DNA of 64,000 bases from Octopus bimaculoides (taxonomy: Eukaryota): contig NC_068984.1 in assembly GCF_001194135.2 (NCBI RefSeq), forward strand, positions 3,358,382 to 3,422,381. The letters are read 5' to 3'. Under the pieces are notes generated by a model. That model saw only the letters and a list, made by a program, of their open reading frames with translations, did no database searches and had not been told where the DNA came from. This document shows positions 24,810 through 38,460 of this stretch, in pieces (within the stretch, counting starts at the first letter, position 1; each line of letters starts with the position of its first letter). Both the position numbers and the translations under genes were made by a program.

Positions 24810-25805
24810 ACGAATGCATACGCAGATTCAAAATTTACATAGAAGCAGCCGACGGACAGTAACATTTAAGTCAAAGTGAAAAAAGAACGTAATTATTAGT
24901 TAAACATTCAATGAAGGATTAAAAGAGTGGAAGAGTTCTTGATATTTTTTTTATTCTAAACTCTTCGTAAGAAAGAAAGAATTTTACGAGCAAATTAACG
25001 GGAATAATGAAAAACAAAAAAACATTCAGTTTTGTGCCAAGCCGAATATATAACTACATATATACACACACACATTCACACACAGACGATATCTATTCTC
25101 ACTGTTAACACATTTCTAACTATAATTTACTCAACAGTTCTTCATTTGTTCTACTTTTGACCTCACAAAATACTCTCTAATCATCTTCAGAGTGACCTAC
25201 CACTCAGTGTTGGCGACCTACCCCTCTCAGTCAGCATCTCCAAAGCAGTCGCGTGACATCGTTTGAGCGTCAGCGGTAAATTTTAACCCGTTTCCCAGTT
25301 TAATCCCACCACTTAGCAGCCCACGGGGGATTTTCGTGGAGTCCACTCTTTTGCAAGCTTTTGGGTCATGGCTACAGTTTGCGGGGGATTTCCTGCCTTC
25401 TTCTCGCCTGGTAGACGCAAAGACGATTATAGACGTTTCTTTGACTTCTTTACACAAAACACATCGCAAAACAAATAAGAAGGCCGTTATAGTTTACATG
25501 TAGTTAGCAGGTCCTATATGTTATAGAAATTGCTTCGAATAAAAGAGATAAGACCACGATGTGCTAATTGAAAGAAGGAGGGGGTTGTAGCTGAAGTGAT
25601 GGCGACGGAAATGTATAAATGATACTGAACATAGAAATTTGGAGAAAGTACAGTGATCGTGGGACATTAAATGACATGCATGTGACGAGTCAGGGTTGAA
25701 GGGGAATAGGTGGAGGAGAGGGGACGTGTGTCTTTGGAGTAAAATATAGAAAGATAAATGTATTATTGTTGTTGTATTGTTGTTGTTGTTGTTGTTGTTG
25801 TTGTT

Positions 25806-26020
25806 AAGGTGGTGAGCTGTCAGAATCGTTAGCACGCTGAACGAAATGCTTAGCGGTATTTCGCCCGTCGCTACGTTCTGAGTTCAAATTCCGCCGAGGT
25901 CGACTTTACCTTTCATCCTCTCGGGGTCGATGAAATAAGTGCCAGTTGAACACTAGCGTCGATGTAATCGACTCATCCCCCTCCCACAAAATTGCTGCCC
26001 TTGTGGCAAATTTTGAAACC
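25806..26020 (+). mobile_element. SINE family 1
   Basis: Head, central domain and ttttgaaacc tail. Confidence 0.85.
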
Positions 26021-28499
26021 ATTATCATAATTATTAAGGGAAATACGATTTGATATCGAGACAAAAATATTTCAAAGATATAGGCAACGATATATATTGG
26101 AATGGTCCGTAGCCATTCGACTGAAATGAGTCCAGCATGGGATATATATATGTATGTATNNNNNNNNNNNNNNNNNNNNNNNNNNNNNNNNNNNNNNNNN
26201 NNNNNNNNNNNNNNNNNNNNNNNNNNNNNNNNNNNNNNNNNNNNNNNNNNNNNNNNNNNNNNNNNNNNNNNNNNNNNNNNNNNNNNNNNNNNNNNNNNNN
26301 NNNNNNNNNNNNNNNNNNNNNNNNNNNNNNNNNNNNNNNNNNNNNNNNNNNNNNNNNNNNNNNNNNNNNNNNNNNNNNNNNNNNNNNNNNNNNNNNNNNN
26401 NNNNNNNNNNNNNNNNNNNNNNNNNNNNNNNNNNNNNNNNNNNNNNNNNNNNNNNNNNNNNNNNNNNNNNNNNNNNNNNNNNNNNNNNNNNNNNNNNNNN
26501 NNNNNNNNNNNNNNNNNNNNNNNNNNNNNNNNNNNNNNNNNNNNNNNNNNNNNNNNNNNNNNNNNNNNNNNNNNNNNNNNNNNNNNNNNNNNNNNNNNNN
26601 NNNNNNNNNNNNNNNNNNNNNNNNNNNNNNNNNNNNNNNNNNNNNNNNNNNNNNNNNNNNNNNNNNNNNNNNNNNNNNNNNNNNNNNNNNNNNNNNNNNN
26701 NNNNNNNNNNNNNNNNNNNNNNNNNNNNNNNNNNNNNNNNNNNNNNNNNNNNNNNNNNNNNNNNNNNNNNNNNNNNNNNNNNNNNNNNNNNNNNNNNNNN
26801 NNNNNNNNNNNNNNNNNNNNNNNNNNNNNNNNNNNNNNNNNNNNNNNNNNNNNNNNNNNNNNNNNNNNNNNNNNNNNNNNNNNNNNNNNNNNNNNNNNNN
26901 NNNNNNNNNNNNNNCGTTGCATTAGAAATGGTTCGTTTGAGTTGATGCAAAGAAAACAGTTAAAATTAAAGGTCATATTTCATTGACTCTATCCCAATCA
27001 GTCATAACTCGATCATGAGTGGTGCTGCTTCCTATTGCATTAACCAATGAGTCGTAGTTTCCCTTCACCATTCCTCCCACCATTTACAGAGATTCCTGCA
27101 AAAAGGTCATGAGGTCTGCCGCTACTTTGCTGAACAAATAACAAAACAAAAAAAAACTCTAAAAGCAGGTTATTTCATTCATAGATCATAAGAGATAGAA
27201 GTGGCTAAATGGTAGTTTTATTTAGATATAAACTAGTTCAATATATGTGAGTGGTAAGACGAATCGAGCCCACATTTGTTAGTTGTTACCTAAAAGCAAT
27301 ATTTTTCTGTTAATGACCTCAGTTCACCAATCGAGTAAACCCTTTAGCCCTGAGCCCAGTAGTAGATTGATCCTATTCCGAACCTGCTGTACGTTTCTAG
27401 TCGCTTTTTTTTTTATAATTCCTTCACTCTAAGACTAACAAACGTATTTATTTCAAGGAATATAGATTCTGTGCCAAGAAATATAAAAAGGAATTAGTAA
27501 ACTGTTCAGCTATGCCATTGTTCATTAATTTTTGATTCTGTATGATTCGTCAGTCCCAAAAATAAATAGATACCGACAAACACGTTCATAAATCAAGGCG
27601 TTTTACCATAATTTCGAGATTAAGTCCTCAAACAGAAATTTGGAATTTTCATTTTTGCCTAAACCAACTATATATTCTTAATTTATTTCTTCAGCTATGT
27701 ACTAAATCCTCAAAGAAAAGCAAAATATATCCAGTACTTGATTTCTAAAGCTGGCCGCACCTTGTTGACAGAATCTCTGCAAGCAGTTGGCGAGGTGATT
27801 CGTAGAGAGACAGAGGGAGAGAGAGGAGAGAGAGGAGAGAGAGAGAGAGAGAGAGAGACTGGCTACACAGCTTTCGTATTCTGGGCCTTTTTTGAGAACG
27901 TTTGTCAAACACAAATACACACACACACACACATACACACACACACACATGCACGCACGCACAGACACGACCACACACACGCTGGTCAAATTACGTAATG
28001 ACTACGGGGATACATGTTTAAGAATTTACGTAGTTTACTACATTGCATGTAATCAATCTGGTGGGGTTCATATCGGAATCACTGTTTGCGTGTTTTGTGT
28101 TATTATCTACAGACATACATGTATGTATGTATGTATGTATGTATGTATGTATGTATGTATGTATGTATGTATGTCTGTATGTATGTATGTATGTATGTAT
28201 GTATATATGTATGTATGTATGCAGCTCAGACTACATTTTTTCACGTCTGGTGCCTTACCGCAACCCTCCGGCCCTGCCCACATGGCATAGCAAGTTAAAA
28301 ACAGAAAGATAGGATGAGAGAAAATATTGAGAAAAGGTGAGAAGGAAGGAGATGTAAAAGGTGGAAGGCTTAAAAATTGGAAAACGAAGAAGAAAGCAGA
28401 AAGAAGCATAAAGAGAGGAATTAGGCTTATGTCCCCTTTGACCGTAAATTCATAAGGCTGAAAGGATACTGGCCTAGAGTCTGCAGTACATCTGCTCAA

Positions 28500-29365
28500 T
28501 CCAGAGAGGATGGTACTTTCCAGTTCGCCAACAGAAACCTATCTATACGTCTACAACCGCTGAAAATTTCATATCTGGAATTCAGTAGTGTAGTAGAGGT
28601 CTTAGATCTGAAAAGGATCTGTGTTTTTTCAGCTACACATAACATACATCTTTTTTTACCCGTTGACATATGGTGTAGATTTTTCAACTATTTTCCATTT
28701 AAAAACCTGATAGCTAAAATTAGTAACAGAGTACCTAACATCTCTTCCTCTAAAGAAATTTTCGAGAAGGCAGCCCTCTACTACAACAATGCCCTACCTA
28801 ATAGTGGCTTTACGGATGAATTAATATATAACTCCTCTATAATAAGAGGAACAACAATAATAGACCTAAAAATAGACCTAGGAGAATAATTTGGTTCGCC
28901 CCTTCCCCTTTCACTTAATGTTAAAACCAACATACGAAAAAGATTCCTGTCTCTCTTAGACAAACATCTTCCAGATAATTACAGGTGCAGAGAAATATTC
29001 AACAGGCTGTCTGCGAAATTATCATATAGCTGCTGTTTCGATATGAAAAGCACCACGACACGCAAACACCACCAAGAGCCTACTCCCAACTGTAGCTGTC
29101 GAGACTCAGGAACCTGTGCACTTGACCAGGGATGTATGGTTAAATCCGTCATATATGAAGCAGAAACAGAAACGCTAGATGGTAACACAACTGGAAAGAA
29201 GAGCTACATCGGGCTATGTGAAGGTGACTTCAAATATCGCTACGTTAACCACATATCTTCCTTCCGACACAGGGATAAAAGTTACGCTACTAAGATGGCT
29301 AGTCACGTATGGTATTTGAAGTCTAACGCCACACCATATACAATAAGATGGAAAATTTATATATA
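28500..29365 (+). mobile_element. Penelope-like element fragment (RT thumb, linker, GIY-YIG endonuclease); Naiad-like
   Basis: ISSSKEIFEKAA.YYNNAL..SG; RRIIWF.P...NVKTNI.K.FL.LLDKH...IFNR...KLSYSC; CSCR...CAL.QGC.VKSVIYEA...KSYIGLCEGDFKYRY.NH.SSF...WYLK...YTIRWKI; frameshifted. Confidence 0.9.
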
Positions 29366-30018
29366 TATGTGTGTATGTATATATGTATTTATGTATGTAT
29401 GAATATACACACACATACACACACATATATATTATATATGTGTATGTAAAGTATGTATATTTTTTACATATATTTTATATATATGTATATGTGTAAAATA
29501 TGCATATGCATTCATGCTAGTCTTTGATACAGAATACCTGAAAACAAAAGTAGGTTCGTCATGGCTGGAAAGCCTTTAACCCTAGCTCTACTCAATGTCA
29601 GTGTTGATCTTGGGCTAAACAGCAATAATATACCTAACGATATTCTCCATAGAAGAGTTTTATCTGCTTTCATAATCTAGATTGTATACAATTTATTTCT
29701 ATTAAAGAATCTGGTGAAGAGTAACGAGTTCACAACGCGAGTCCAGCAGAAATTAGGGATACAGATGGGGTTAGTTGTTGATATTTATATATGCAGGTTC
29801 GAAAGGGTGAGGACCTGTTAAAAGGTTTCTTCAGTTGTCTCCTGATCCTTCTGTTAGTGATTTCAGTGGCACCACTCCTCTATCTCTTTGTGGATTAAAA
29901 GTTAAAGTTAAAAAATGGTTATTTTAACTCAGTTACATCGCGATGTATCTAGGACACTCACTTCCGTCTATGAAAATCCCACAGATTTAATTGCTTATAC
30001 ATACACGCATGCACATAC

Positions 30019-30122
<104 letters not shown>

Positions 30123-30400
30123 CTGCGCGCGCACACATGCATACAATTATTGCGTACACAATAAATCTGCGGACTGGCATAAATGTGTGTAGGTGTATGT
30201 GTGCGTATATATCTGTGTATTTGATTTCGTGTGTCTATGCATAATGCTTTCAATATGTATAATTTGTATTCGGGTCTATGTATGAATGCATACGCAGACA
30301 CGTGCGTGAGAGCAAGAGCAGTATGTGTAAGTAAGCGGAAGTGTTTGCTTGCAAAAAATGTAGGGAATAAAGTGAAGTGATGGTGATTAATAATAATAAT

Positions 30401-30440
<40 letters not shown>

Positions 30441-31068
30441 GGCCGGTAGATAATTAACGAGTTCCTAAGTAAATGAGACGTATCACTAGAGTTGGCCCGT
30501 ACTAAAATCTAATGTGGCCCACCAAATTTAGTAACTATTATCTGAATTGGTGCTCCAACAGACCGGTGACTGGGAAAAGAATTGGTGCCGGAAATGTGAG
30601 AATTATGCAATTGCAGAGTAATTTAGAGACCACTTATATGAAAGCGGCGCAACAATCTGATGTGTAGGAGTTTCATTCACCAACAGAATTATCTTTTATT
30701 TTATTTTACTTTTGATAAATCCAACACTGCTCTACTTGTTTATATTTGTTATATTGTTGCTTCTTTATTTACTTTAAAATTTTGTCAGAGTGCCATTATC
30801 TGGAACGCTCCAAACACTTTAGTTCACATCTATTAAACACTCAAACCCTTGAAAGAAAAAAAAACGCACGAAATCACGATTTCTCAATTAAGAGTCACGA
30901 AAATAGCATCCATCTGGCCTTTATAAGAGAATTATTGGAGCAGGACTTAGCTCGGTTCTGTACGTACAAATACATGCATACAAAGACACATACAAACATA
31001 CATACATACAGAGGTATATGCATACACACACAGACATATATATATATGTATTTTCCGGTGGTTGCAAT

Positions 31069-31360
31069 CAGGGCCGGATTAAGACCTAAAGAAGTCCTAC
31101 GCACCTAAAAGATTTTGGTGCCCACATATATAAGTAATTCAAAATATAACCATGAAATAAAGTTTTAGTTTTCAAAATGAAACAAAACTAACATTAAGAT
31201 GGAAAATAATGTTTATTTTTGTATACTTCTACTTTATTTATACTTAAAAAGCTTTCTCTTTTTTAATTGCAAAATCTTTGATCAGATCCTCAAAGTTAAT
31301 CTTAGGTAACACATCTACTTCTAAACTTTGTAGAAATAAGGCATCCCAAATATTATTGTA
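31069..31360 (-). mobile_element. hAT transposon 3' end
   Basis: Terminus cagggccggattaag; minus strand encodes DALFLQSLEVDVLPKINFEDLIKDFAIKK, resembling an hAT dimerisation-domain C-terminus. Confidence 0.7.
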
Positions 31361-31576
31361 ACAAGTTTAAAAGGATTTCTTTCGTACCGTAAACCATTTA
31401 CTATTTCTGTTATGCCCCCCACTCCCTGTGGCTTGATGTCCTAAGCACGTGCTTGTTTTGCTTAATGGTCAATCCAATGCTGGCTTCAATAGCGTGGTAG
31501 AGTATATATACTCTCAAACCGCTGTGTGTTTTACACACCCAGCCACGGGTAAATACACAAAGCATATACATTAAGT

Positions 31577-31654
<78 letters not shown>

Positions 31655-31664
31655 TAATAATATT

Positions 31665-31790
31665 CAGTACAGTAACCATAAGAGCATCACAGCAAACCAC
31701 AGCAAATACCCAAGGAACACAGAGCTGCGCTCGTTAGTGAAGTGAAGGCACGTCATAAAAATAAAACTACTGAACAACAATAATAATAAT
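31665..31790 (+). mobile_element. R4/Dong 3' UTR stub between TAA repeats
   Basis: cacagc..atacccaagg..cacagagctgcg.tcg.tagtg.agtgaa.gcac matches the 3' UTR at 49660-49755. Confidence 0.75.
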
Positions 31791-32039
31791 AAATGTGTAT
31801 ATATATATATTGGTGTGTGTGTGTGTGTGTGTGTGTATACATATATGTATATGTGTGTATTACACACACACACACATACATACATATATATATATTGTTG
31901 TCGTCATCATATATCGTATGCTTGGAGAATATTAATGACACTACAACGAGTCTTCGAGATTAAGCACGCGTTCCCCATTTGGCTTGCGTACACATGTGTA
32001 TTTATTCTTTTATACTTTCATTCTTTTATGCGCATACAT

Positions 32040-32129
<90 letters not shown>

Positions 32130-33376
32130 NNNNNNNNNNNNNNNNNNNNNNNNNNNNNNNNNNNNNNNNNNNNNNNNNNNNNNNNNNNNNNNNNNNNNNN
32201 NNNNNNNNNNNNNNNNNNNNNNNNNNNNNNNNNNNNNNNNNNNNNNNNNNNNNNNNNNNNNNNNNNNNNNNNNNNNNNNNNNNNNNNNNNNNNNNNNNNN
32301 NNNNNNNNNNNNNNNNNNNNNNNNNNNNNNNNNNNNNNNNNNNNNNNNNNNNNNNNNNNNNNNNNNNNNNNNNNNNNNNNNNNNNNNNNNNNNNNNNNNN
32401 NNNNNNNNNNNNNNNNNNNNNNNNNNNNNNNNNNNNNNNNNNNNNNNNNNNNNNNNNNNNNNNNNNNNNNNNNNNNNNNNNNNNNNNNNNNNNNNNNNNN
32501 NNNNNNNNNNNNNNNNNNNNNNNNNNNNNNNNNNNNNNNNNNNNNNNNNNNNNNNNNNNNNNNNNNNNNNNNNNNNNNNNNNNNNNNNNNNNNNNNNNNN
32601 NNNNNNNNNNNNNNNNNNNNNNNNNNNNNNNNNNNNNNNNNNTATATATAGGTGCATTCGTATACAGAAGATATAGTAAAAATCCATAGGAGTTTATAAA
32701 TATATAAAATTTTTTAAATATGTAAATATATAAAAAAACTTCATAAATATATCAGTATGTAAATGAATAAATGTGCTTGCGATGTTGAATGTCCGTATGC
32801 ACGAAGGAAGCGATCCACAAACTCCGTGCTGACAAAAAAAACGTTTACTTAATAAGATGTCGTATGTCATTATTATGTGTAGATATAAATATTTATCAAC
32901 TTCAAAATTTTTTCCTAAAAATAATTAGCCTATAGGATTTTAATCTAGTCACCCTTCATATATTTGGATTCGTCTTAAAATACTATTATACGTCATAATT
33001 TATCTTAACATGTAACTCTACTTCTAATTAGTATGGCCAAAGGAAAATTTCAAAGATTTAGAATAAAGAACTGAAAATTTGAAGAAATGAACGGTAACAC
33101 GTATCTGCTTGAGGCTGGGGCTCAGGTAAGACGTTCAACCTCATATTATTATTCATTTTATTCATCGCTTTGTAATTCATGTCCGCACGTGTGTTGTCGT
33201 TGTCTGTCCGTGTACCGTCCCCTCTGTGTTCGGGACGTTGTGCCCAATTAAGAAATCAATTTTACTTCTAATTATATCATCCGCTTGAACAGTATCATCG
33301 GACACGGAACTTGTTTTTAAAAATTCTCAAATCTTTCATGGCATTTCAAATTTTAACAACTCTTTAAATCTTTTTA

Positions 33377-33463
33377 ACTCTGATGAGAGAAGTATAGATG
33401 AGTGTTATGTTTGGAGTTAGCTCGCCCATACCAACCTATATCTTCCCGAAACGGCCGTCAGAC
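33377..33463 (+). ncRNA. Minimal hammerhead ribozyme-like motif (Penelope type)
   Basis: CUGAUGA (33380-86), extended stem II GAGAAGUAUAG/CUAUAUCUUCCC, GAAAC-GGCC-GUC (palindromic loop III, GUC triplet at 33457-59); stem I weak (CU/AG). Confidence 0.6.
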
Positions 33464-33494
33464 TTTGCACTTAATCAGGATTCCTCTTAAAATC

Positions 33495-36400
33495 AAGCTA
33501 GAGTTATCGTCGATAAAACCACGTAGTGACAAATCGTACTTCCATTTGCAAAAACAATTGTTTTTGAAAGAAAACTTCTTCATACAAGAACAAGGATTTG
33601 GAATTTTACCTCTTGCAAATAAGTATCCTTCTCATTTGTTTATTTTCTTTTATCTTTCGTAATACCGGATGAAAATTTGAGTTTCGACTTCGTCTGTGTT
33701 TACATTCTGAGAATTCTCACTATAATTTTCATTCAACTTTTATTGCAGTGACCACTTCGCTTTCATTCTATTTGAAAACTAGACATCATTACGAAACCCC
33801 TTTCTTTTCACTATCGTTTCATTCTTTTAATTTATCTCTTTAGAATTATAAATCCTATTTAGAATTATAAATTTTGGTTTTCGTTTTCCTACACATCTTC
33901 GTTACTTGCTCCTACTCTCTCTTTCATACCTACCTCTTCCTCTCTCTCTCCCTCCCTCACATATATTCCTCCCTTTCCCGCTCTTCTCTCTTTGCCCCTA
34001 TATCCTTTTGCACCTACCCCTTTTCATCTCTTCCATAACTTCCTCTTTTTTTCATCTCTCTCCCTCCCTTTCATATCTTCATCCTTTTCTCACTCCTTCC
34101 CTTCCTTTGTCTCTCTCAACACCTACCTCTCCTCCTGTCACCTCATCCTCCCTCATATACTTCTCATTTTCCTCCTCTTCTCATACCGTTTCTCCCTTTC
34201 CCTCACATCCTTCATCCTTTCCTGTCTCTCCCTCACTCTATCTCCCTTTCTCTTCCCATCCTCTTTCTCCCTCTGTCACTCTTTCTCTTCCCCTTCACTC
34301 CTTGTCTTTGTCTCTCTCTTTTCCCCTCCCCCTCCCCCTGTCTCTATTCCTCTCCTCCTCCTCTATCTGCATCTGTCTCCCTAACACCTCACACCCCCTC
34401 TCTTTCCTTCAGATCACCATTTCCCTATTCCACCCATCTATCTCTCAGCTCCTCTCTATCCTCTACTTGCCCTCTGGGCTGAAAAAAAGCGAAGATGGCA
34501 CCAAAATGGGAGAAGAAAGAATTGAATCTTCTGTTGCGATCATGGATGATTGCTAGAGCGATCCACCAAACAACATCATCATCACTGCTGAACTGAGACA
34601 CAATGGCTTTTGTAGAACCATTGATCAGATAGAGTGGAAGAAAAATGAATTCATCCGATCCTATATGCTTATCAGACCATACATTGACACCCTGGAAGTC
34701 ATAATGGAAAATTGTGGCAAGGCTGATAAGGATGGAGAAGATGAAAAGGAAACAAAACCCGGAAGTCGCTTTGATCCAGTGGTTCCTCAAAAGAATAGAT
34801 ACCTCATCCCTGTGAATGACCAGGCAGAAAAGGATAGGGGTGCCAAGGAAGCAGCAACTAGAAGACCTTCTGCTCCAGTGGTCCTACAAAGGAACGGAGT
34901 CCTCACCCCATTGAACAGCCAGAGGGAAGAAATTCACACCATAAGAAAAGGAAAGACGAGACACAAACACAAACATAAAGAAGGAAGGAGAGAAAAATGA
35001 AAAGGAAAAAATGAAATACCGAAAGCCGAAACTCCAACCCACCAAACGAAAAACAGAAAACCCCATGGAGGATCCAATGCTATCCAAAACCCTAGAGAGG
35101 AAATTGAGAGGGCACTCAAGGACATCCATATTTTACCTGCAAGGCAAATGTTGGCATGGGGAAGACGGCAAAAACTACCGATTTGCTCACCCGAGACCCC
35201 GCCAAAACTACAGGGGACTTAAAGAGAAAAACTTTCCTAAGAAAAGACAAAAATTGTCCCCAAGGAAAAAAATATAGAAAAGAAGTGCTCTCTCAGAGAC
35301 TATACACAAGGCAGCAGCTGAGCAAGAGGCTTTTTCGTGCATAGCACAAAAGATTGTGCAGCAGCTGACCTGGCTACACCAAGCGCAAACAAGGAACGTT
35401 GACCGCCACTACGCAAGAAAACCACAGTCAACAGACATGGGATGGCCTCCCATAACGCCTGCACAGTCCTCACGCCAATATTTTTTCTAAATACTGGGGG
35501 CCTGTTGCATCATAATAAAAGCAAAATTTCTTTCCTGAGAGACCTTGCTGCATGCAATCAAACCCTATGCATAGCACTCGTAGAAACTCACCTCAGTCCT
35601 GATATAGAGGATGCAGAAGTACACGTACCAAAATATGCCATACTGCGAACAGACAGAAGGGAAACGAGCCCACACACCAGGTCTTCCTGTCATACTCCAA
35701 TTCGGTATGTGACTCTAACTGTATACATAAGACAACATAATATAGTCATATGCAATATATATTTGCCCACCGGATGCTCCAAACCACAAGAAATCCTCAT
35801 GCAACTGGAACACCACGTGAGTATATTTCTTATGTGTGATTTCAACTTCTCAACGTCAAATGGCCCAGAGGACTCATACTCTCAGGAATTACTCATTGCA
35901 AACAAGCACAGGTTGAGTCCCTGCTCAACCTCACCAATGCCCCTATTCATGGAGCAAGTTATACTCAGACCAACTAGGGCGAATAACATTTTGGATCTCT
36001 GCTTCAGGAACAATATAGACATCGTTCATGATGTAAAAGTGACGCCGACATTAGTTTCGGATCGCAACATAATAGAGCTGTCTATGTTTGGGCCGAAAGT
36101 TGCCAGAGACATACAACCTAAAGGAGCACCCGAAATCTCTCCAATCTGAACTTCCACAAAGCAGACTGGAAATCGATCCAGAAAGAGATCCTCAGAGAGG
36201 ATTGGCCAAAATGTCTCTCCACACCAGACATTGATATGAAACTAGAATGTTTCTTGTCTATTGTGCAAGCCATATGCCAGAAATATGTCCCAGAGCACAA
36301 GGCCACAACAAATGGGAACAAGATTCCAAGGGAGAGAAAGATCCTCATAAGACGACGGACGAAGGTTGGAAATCTCTTCAACCAATATCCCAAAAGTAGC

Positions 36401-38410
36401 GAAAGGTTCCGCTTAACAACAACACTGATAGAGATTGAAAAAAGCCTGCAACAATCCTATGTGAGGGAAAGAGCAGACAAAGAAGCCTGGGTTATAAAAA
36501 ACATTCAGTCAAACACAAAGGCCTTCTTTCATTACGCAAAAGAAACAGCATCAGTATGCTATAAGATAGGACCCCTCTTCCAAAAGGATGACTCCCTCAC
36601 AGATAGTCCAACCAGGATCAGTGAGGTACTGAATGACCAGTTCAAAAGTGTCTTCACCACCCCGCTGGAACACAGACAAGTGAACGAACCAGTGAGCTTC
36701 TTTGCCGCCTCACCTATAACCGGCCAGGCAGTTACGATGGAATACATCGGCATTAGCAAAGAAGATGAGGTGGACGCAAACTCAACTGCTGGTCTTGATG
36801 GTTTCCCAGCAATCCTCCTCAAATCGTCTAAGCATGCCCTAGCAAAACCCTTCCAGAATCTCTTCCAGAGCTTTCTTGCAAATGGCAGACTGCCAAGCAA
36901 GCTGACGGACGGAATAATATGGCCAATCTATGAAGGTGGAAGTAGAGCAGATGCCAAAACCTGTAGGCCTATCTCTCTGACTTCACACATCAACAAAATC
37001 ATGGAACGGATAGTCAGAGAGGAACTAATTGCATTCCTTGAAGAAGATTATTTGCTGAGTGATACCCAGCATGGCTTTCGACCGGGTAGGAGCTGCCTGA
37101 CCCAGTTCTCACAACATTATGACTGGGTGTTGAGGCAGTTACTCAAGAAATCAAATGTGGACGTAATATACCTTGATTTTGCAAAAGCTCTTGACAAAGT
37201 CGATCATGGTATGATATGCTACAAACTGCGTGAGCTTGGCGTAGCTGGAAAACTCGGAGAGTGGTTACATGACTTTCTGAAAGATAGAAGTCAGGCAGTA
37301 GTGGCCAATGGAGCCACCGCTATGAAAACACAAATACTGAGCGGTGTTCCACAGGGCACTGTCTTGGGACCACTGCTTTTCATAGTGGTCCTCTCAGATA
37401 TGCCCTCAATTACCCAGATAGCCTTCCTTGCAAGCTACGCATACGACACGAAAGTCTCGAAGAAAATACAGAAGCTCAGCGATGTTGCACATCTGCAGCA
37501 GGAGTTGGACTCAATTTACAGATGGGCTGAGGATAATAATATGCAGTTTAATGCTGAAAAATTCCAAGCCCTGCGTTACCATCGTCCAAAACTGAATATG
37601 AAACTTACAGGGTACACTGGTCCACAGGGAATTACAATCCCAGACCCTAAATCAGTGAGGGACCTGGGTATTGACATGAGTGATGATACCTCGTTCCAAG
37701 TGCACATTACCAGGATGGCGACAAAGTGCAGACGACTGGCTAGATGGATCCTGAGAACATTCAGAACCAGAGATAAGGAAACTGTGATGGTCCTCTGGAG
37801 GACTTTCGTCCTCAGCCGCCTGGATTACTGCGCCCAGCTATGGTCACCCAACAGTGTAAAATTAACAGCGTACCTTGAAGCAATCCGGCGAAGCTTCACA
37901 AAGAAGATCGTCTCTTTGCAACTGCTCAGCTACTGGGAAAAGCTGAAACAGCTAAGACTCTACTCCCTGGAGCGAAGGCGGGAAAGGTATGCACTAATAT
38001 ACATCTGGAAGATCCTGGAAGGAACTGTGCCAAATTTTAGCACTGAAAGCTACACGAATGCCAGAACGGGTCAACACTTTACAGTGCCAAACATCCCAGC
38101 AATGCCATCGCGCTTCAGGACCAGTTACTGCAACAGGCTGGGTTTCAGAGGCCCACAGCTTTTTAATATTCTACTAAAGAGCCTGAGGAACCTGCACAAA
38201 GTAGATGTAGGCGTTTTTAAATCGAGGCTGGACCTCTTCCTGTCGAGAGTCCCAGACAAACCTACTTCACGCTAAGAGGTGCAAATGAGGGTAGCTACAT
38301 CAAACTCCATTCTACACAAAATGCCACATATTAGAGGATCTCAGTAATAACAGTGTAGCAAAACGGTGGTGTTCCAGCATGGCCACAGCTCTGAGCTGAA
38401 ACTACAAAAA
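33495..38410 (+). mobile_element. Near full-length CR1-group LINE, copy A
   Basis: ~1-kb 5' UTR shared with copy D including a CT-rich tract; frameshifted ORF1 from 34495; APE domain (ALVETHL, DFNF, LDLCF, SD.N); RT; 3' hairpin tail. Confidence 0.92.
36236..38275 (+). pseudogene. LINE A ORF2 linker and reverse transcriptase (679-aa open stretch, catalytically defective)
   Basis: RPISLTS, QHGFRPGRSC, YLDFAKALDKVDH, SGVPQGTVLGPLLF; catalytic YADD is replaced by YAYD. Confidence 0.9.
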
Positions 38411-38460
38411 TAACAAAAGACGAAAAAAAACATATAAATATATATATATTTTTTTTATCC

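Noticed and set aside
25227-25469. GC-richer 80-aa minus-strand ORF
   Set aside because: No recognisable motif or convincing splice sites.
26960-27140. Possible minus-strand exon after ttgttttgttatttgttcag
   Set aside because: Frames close or lack similarity to SLC6; weak donor.
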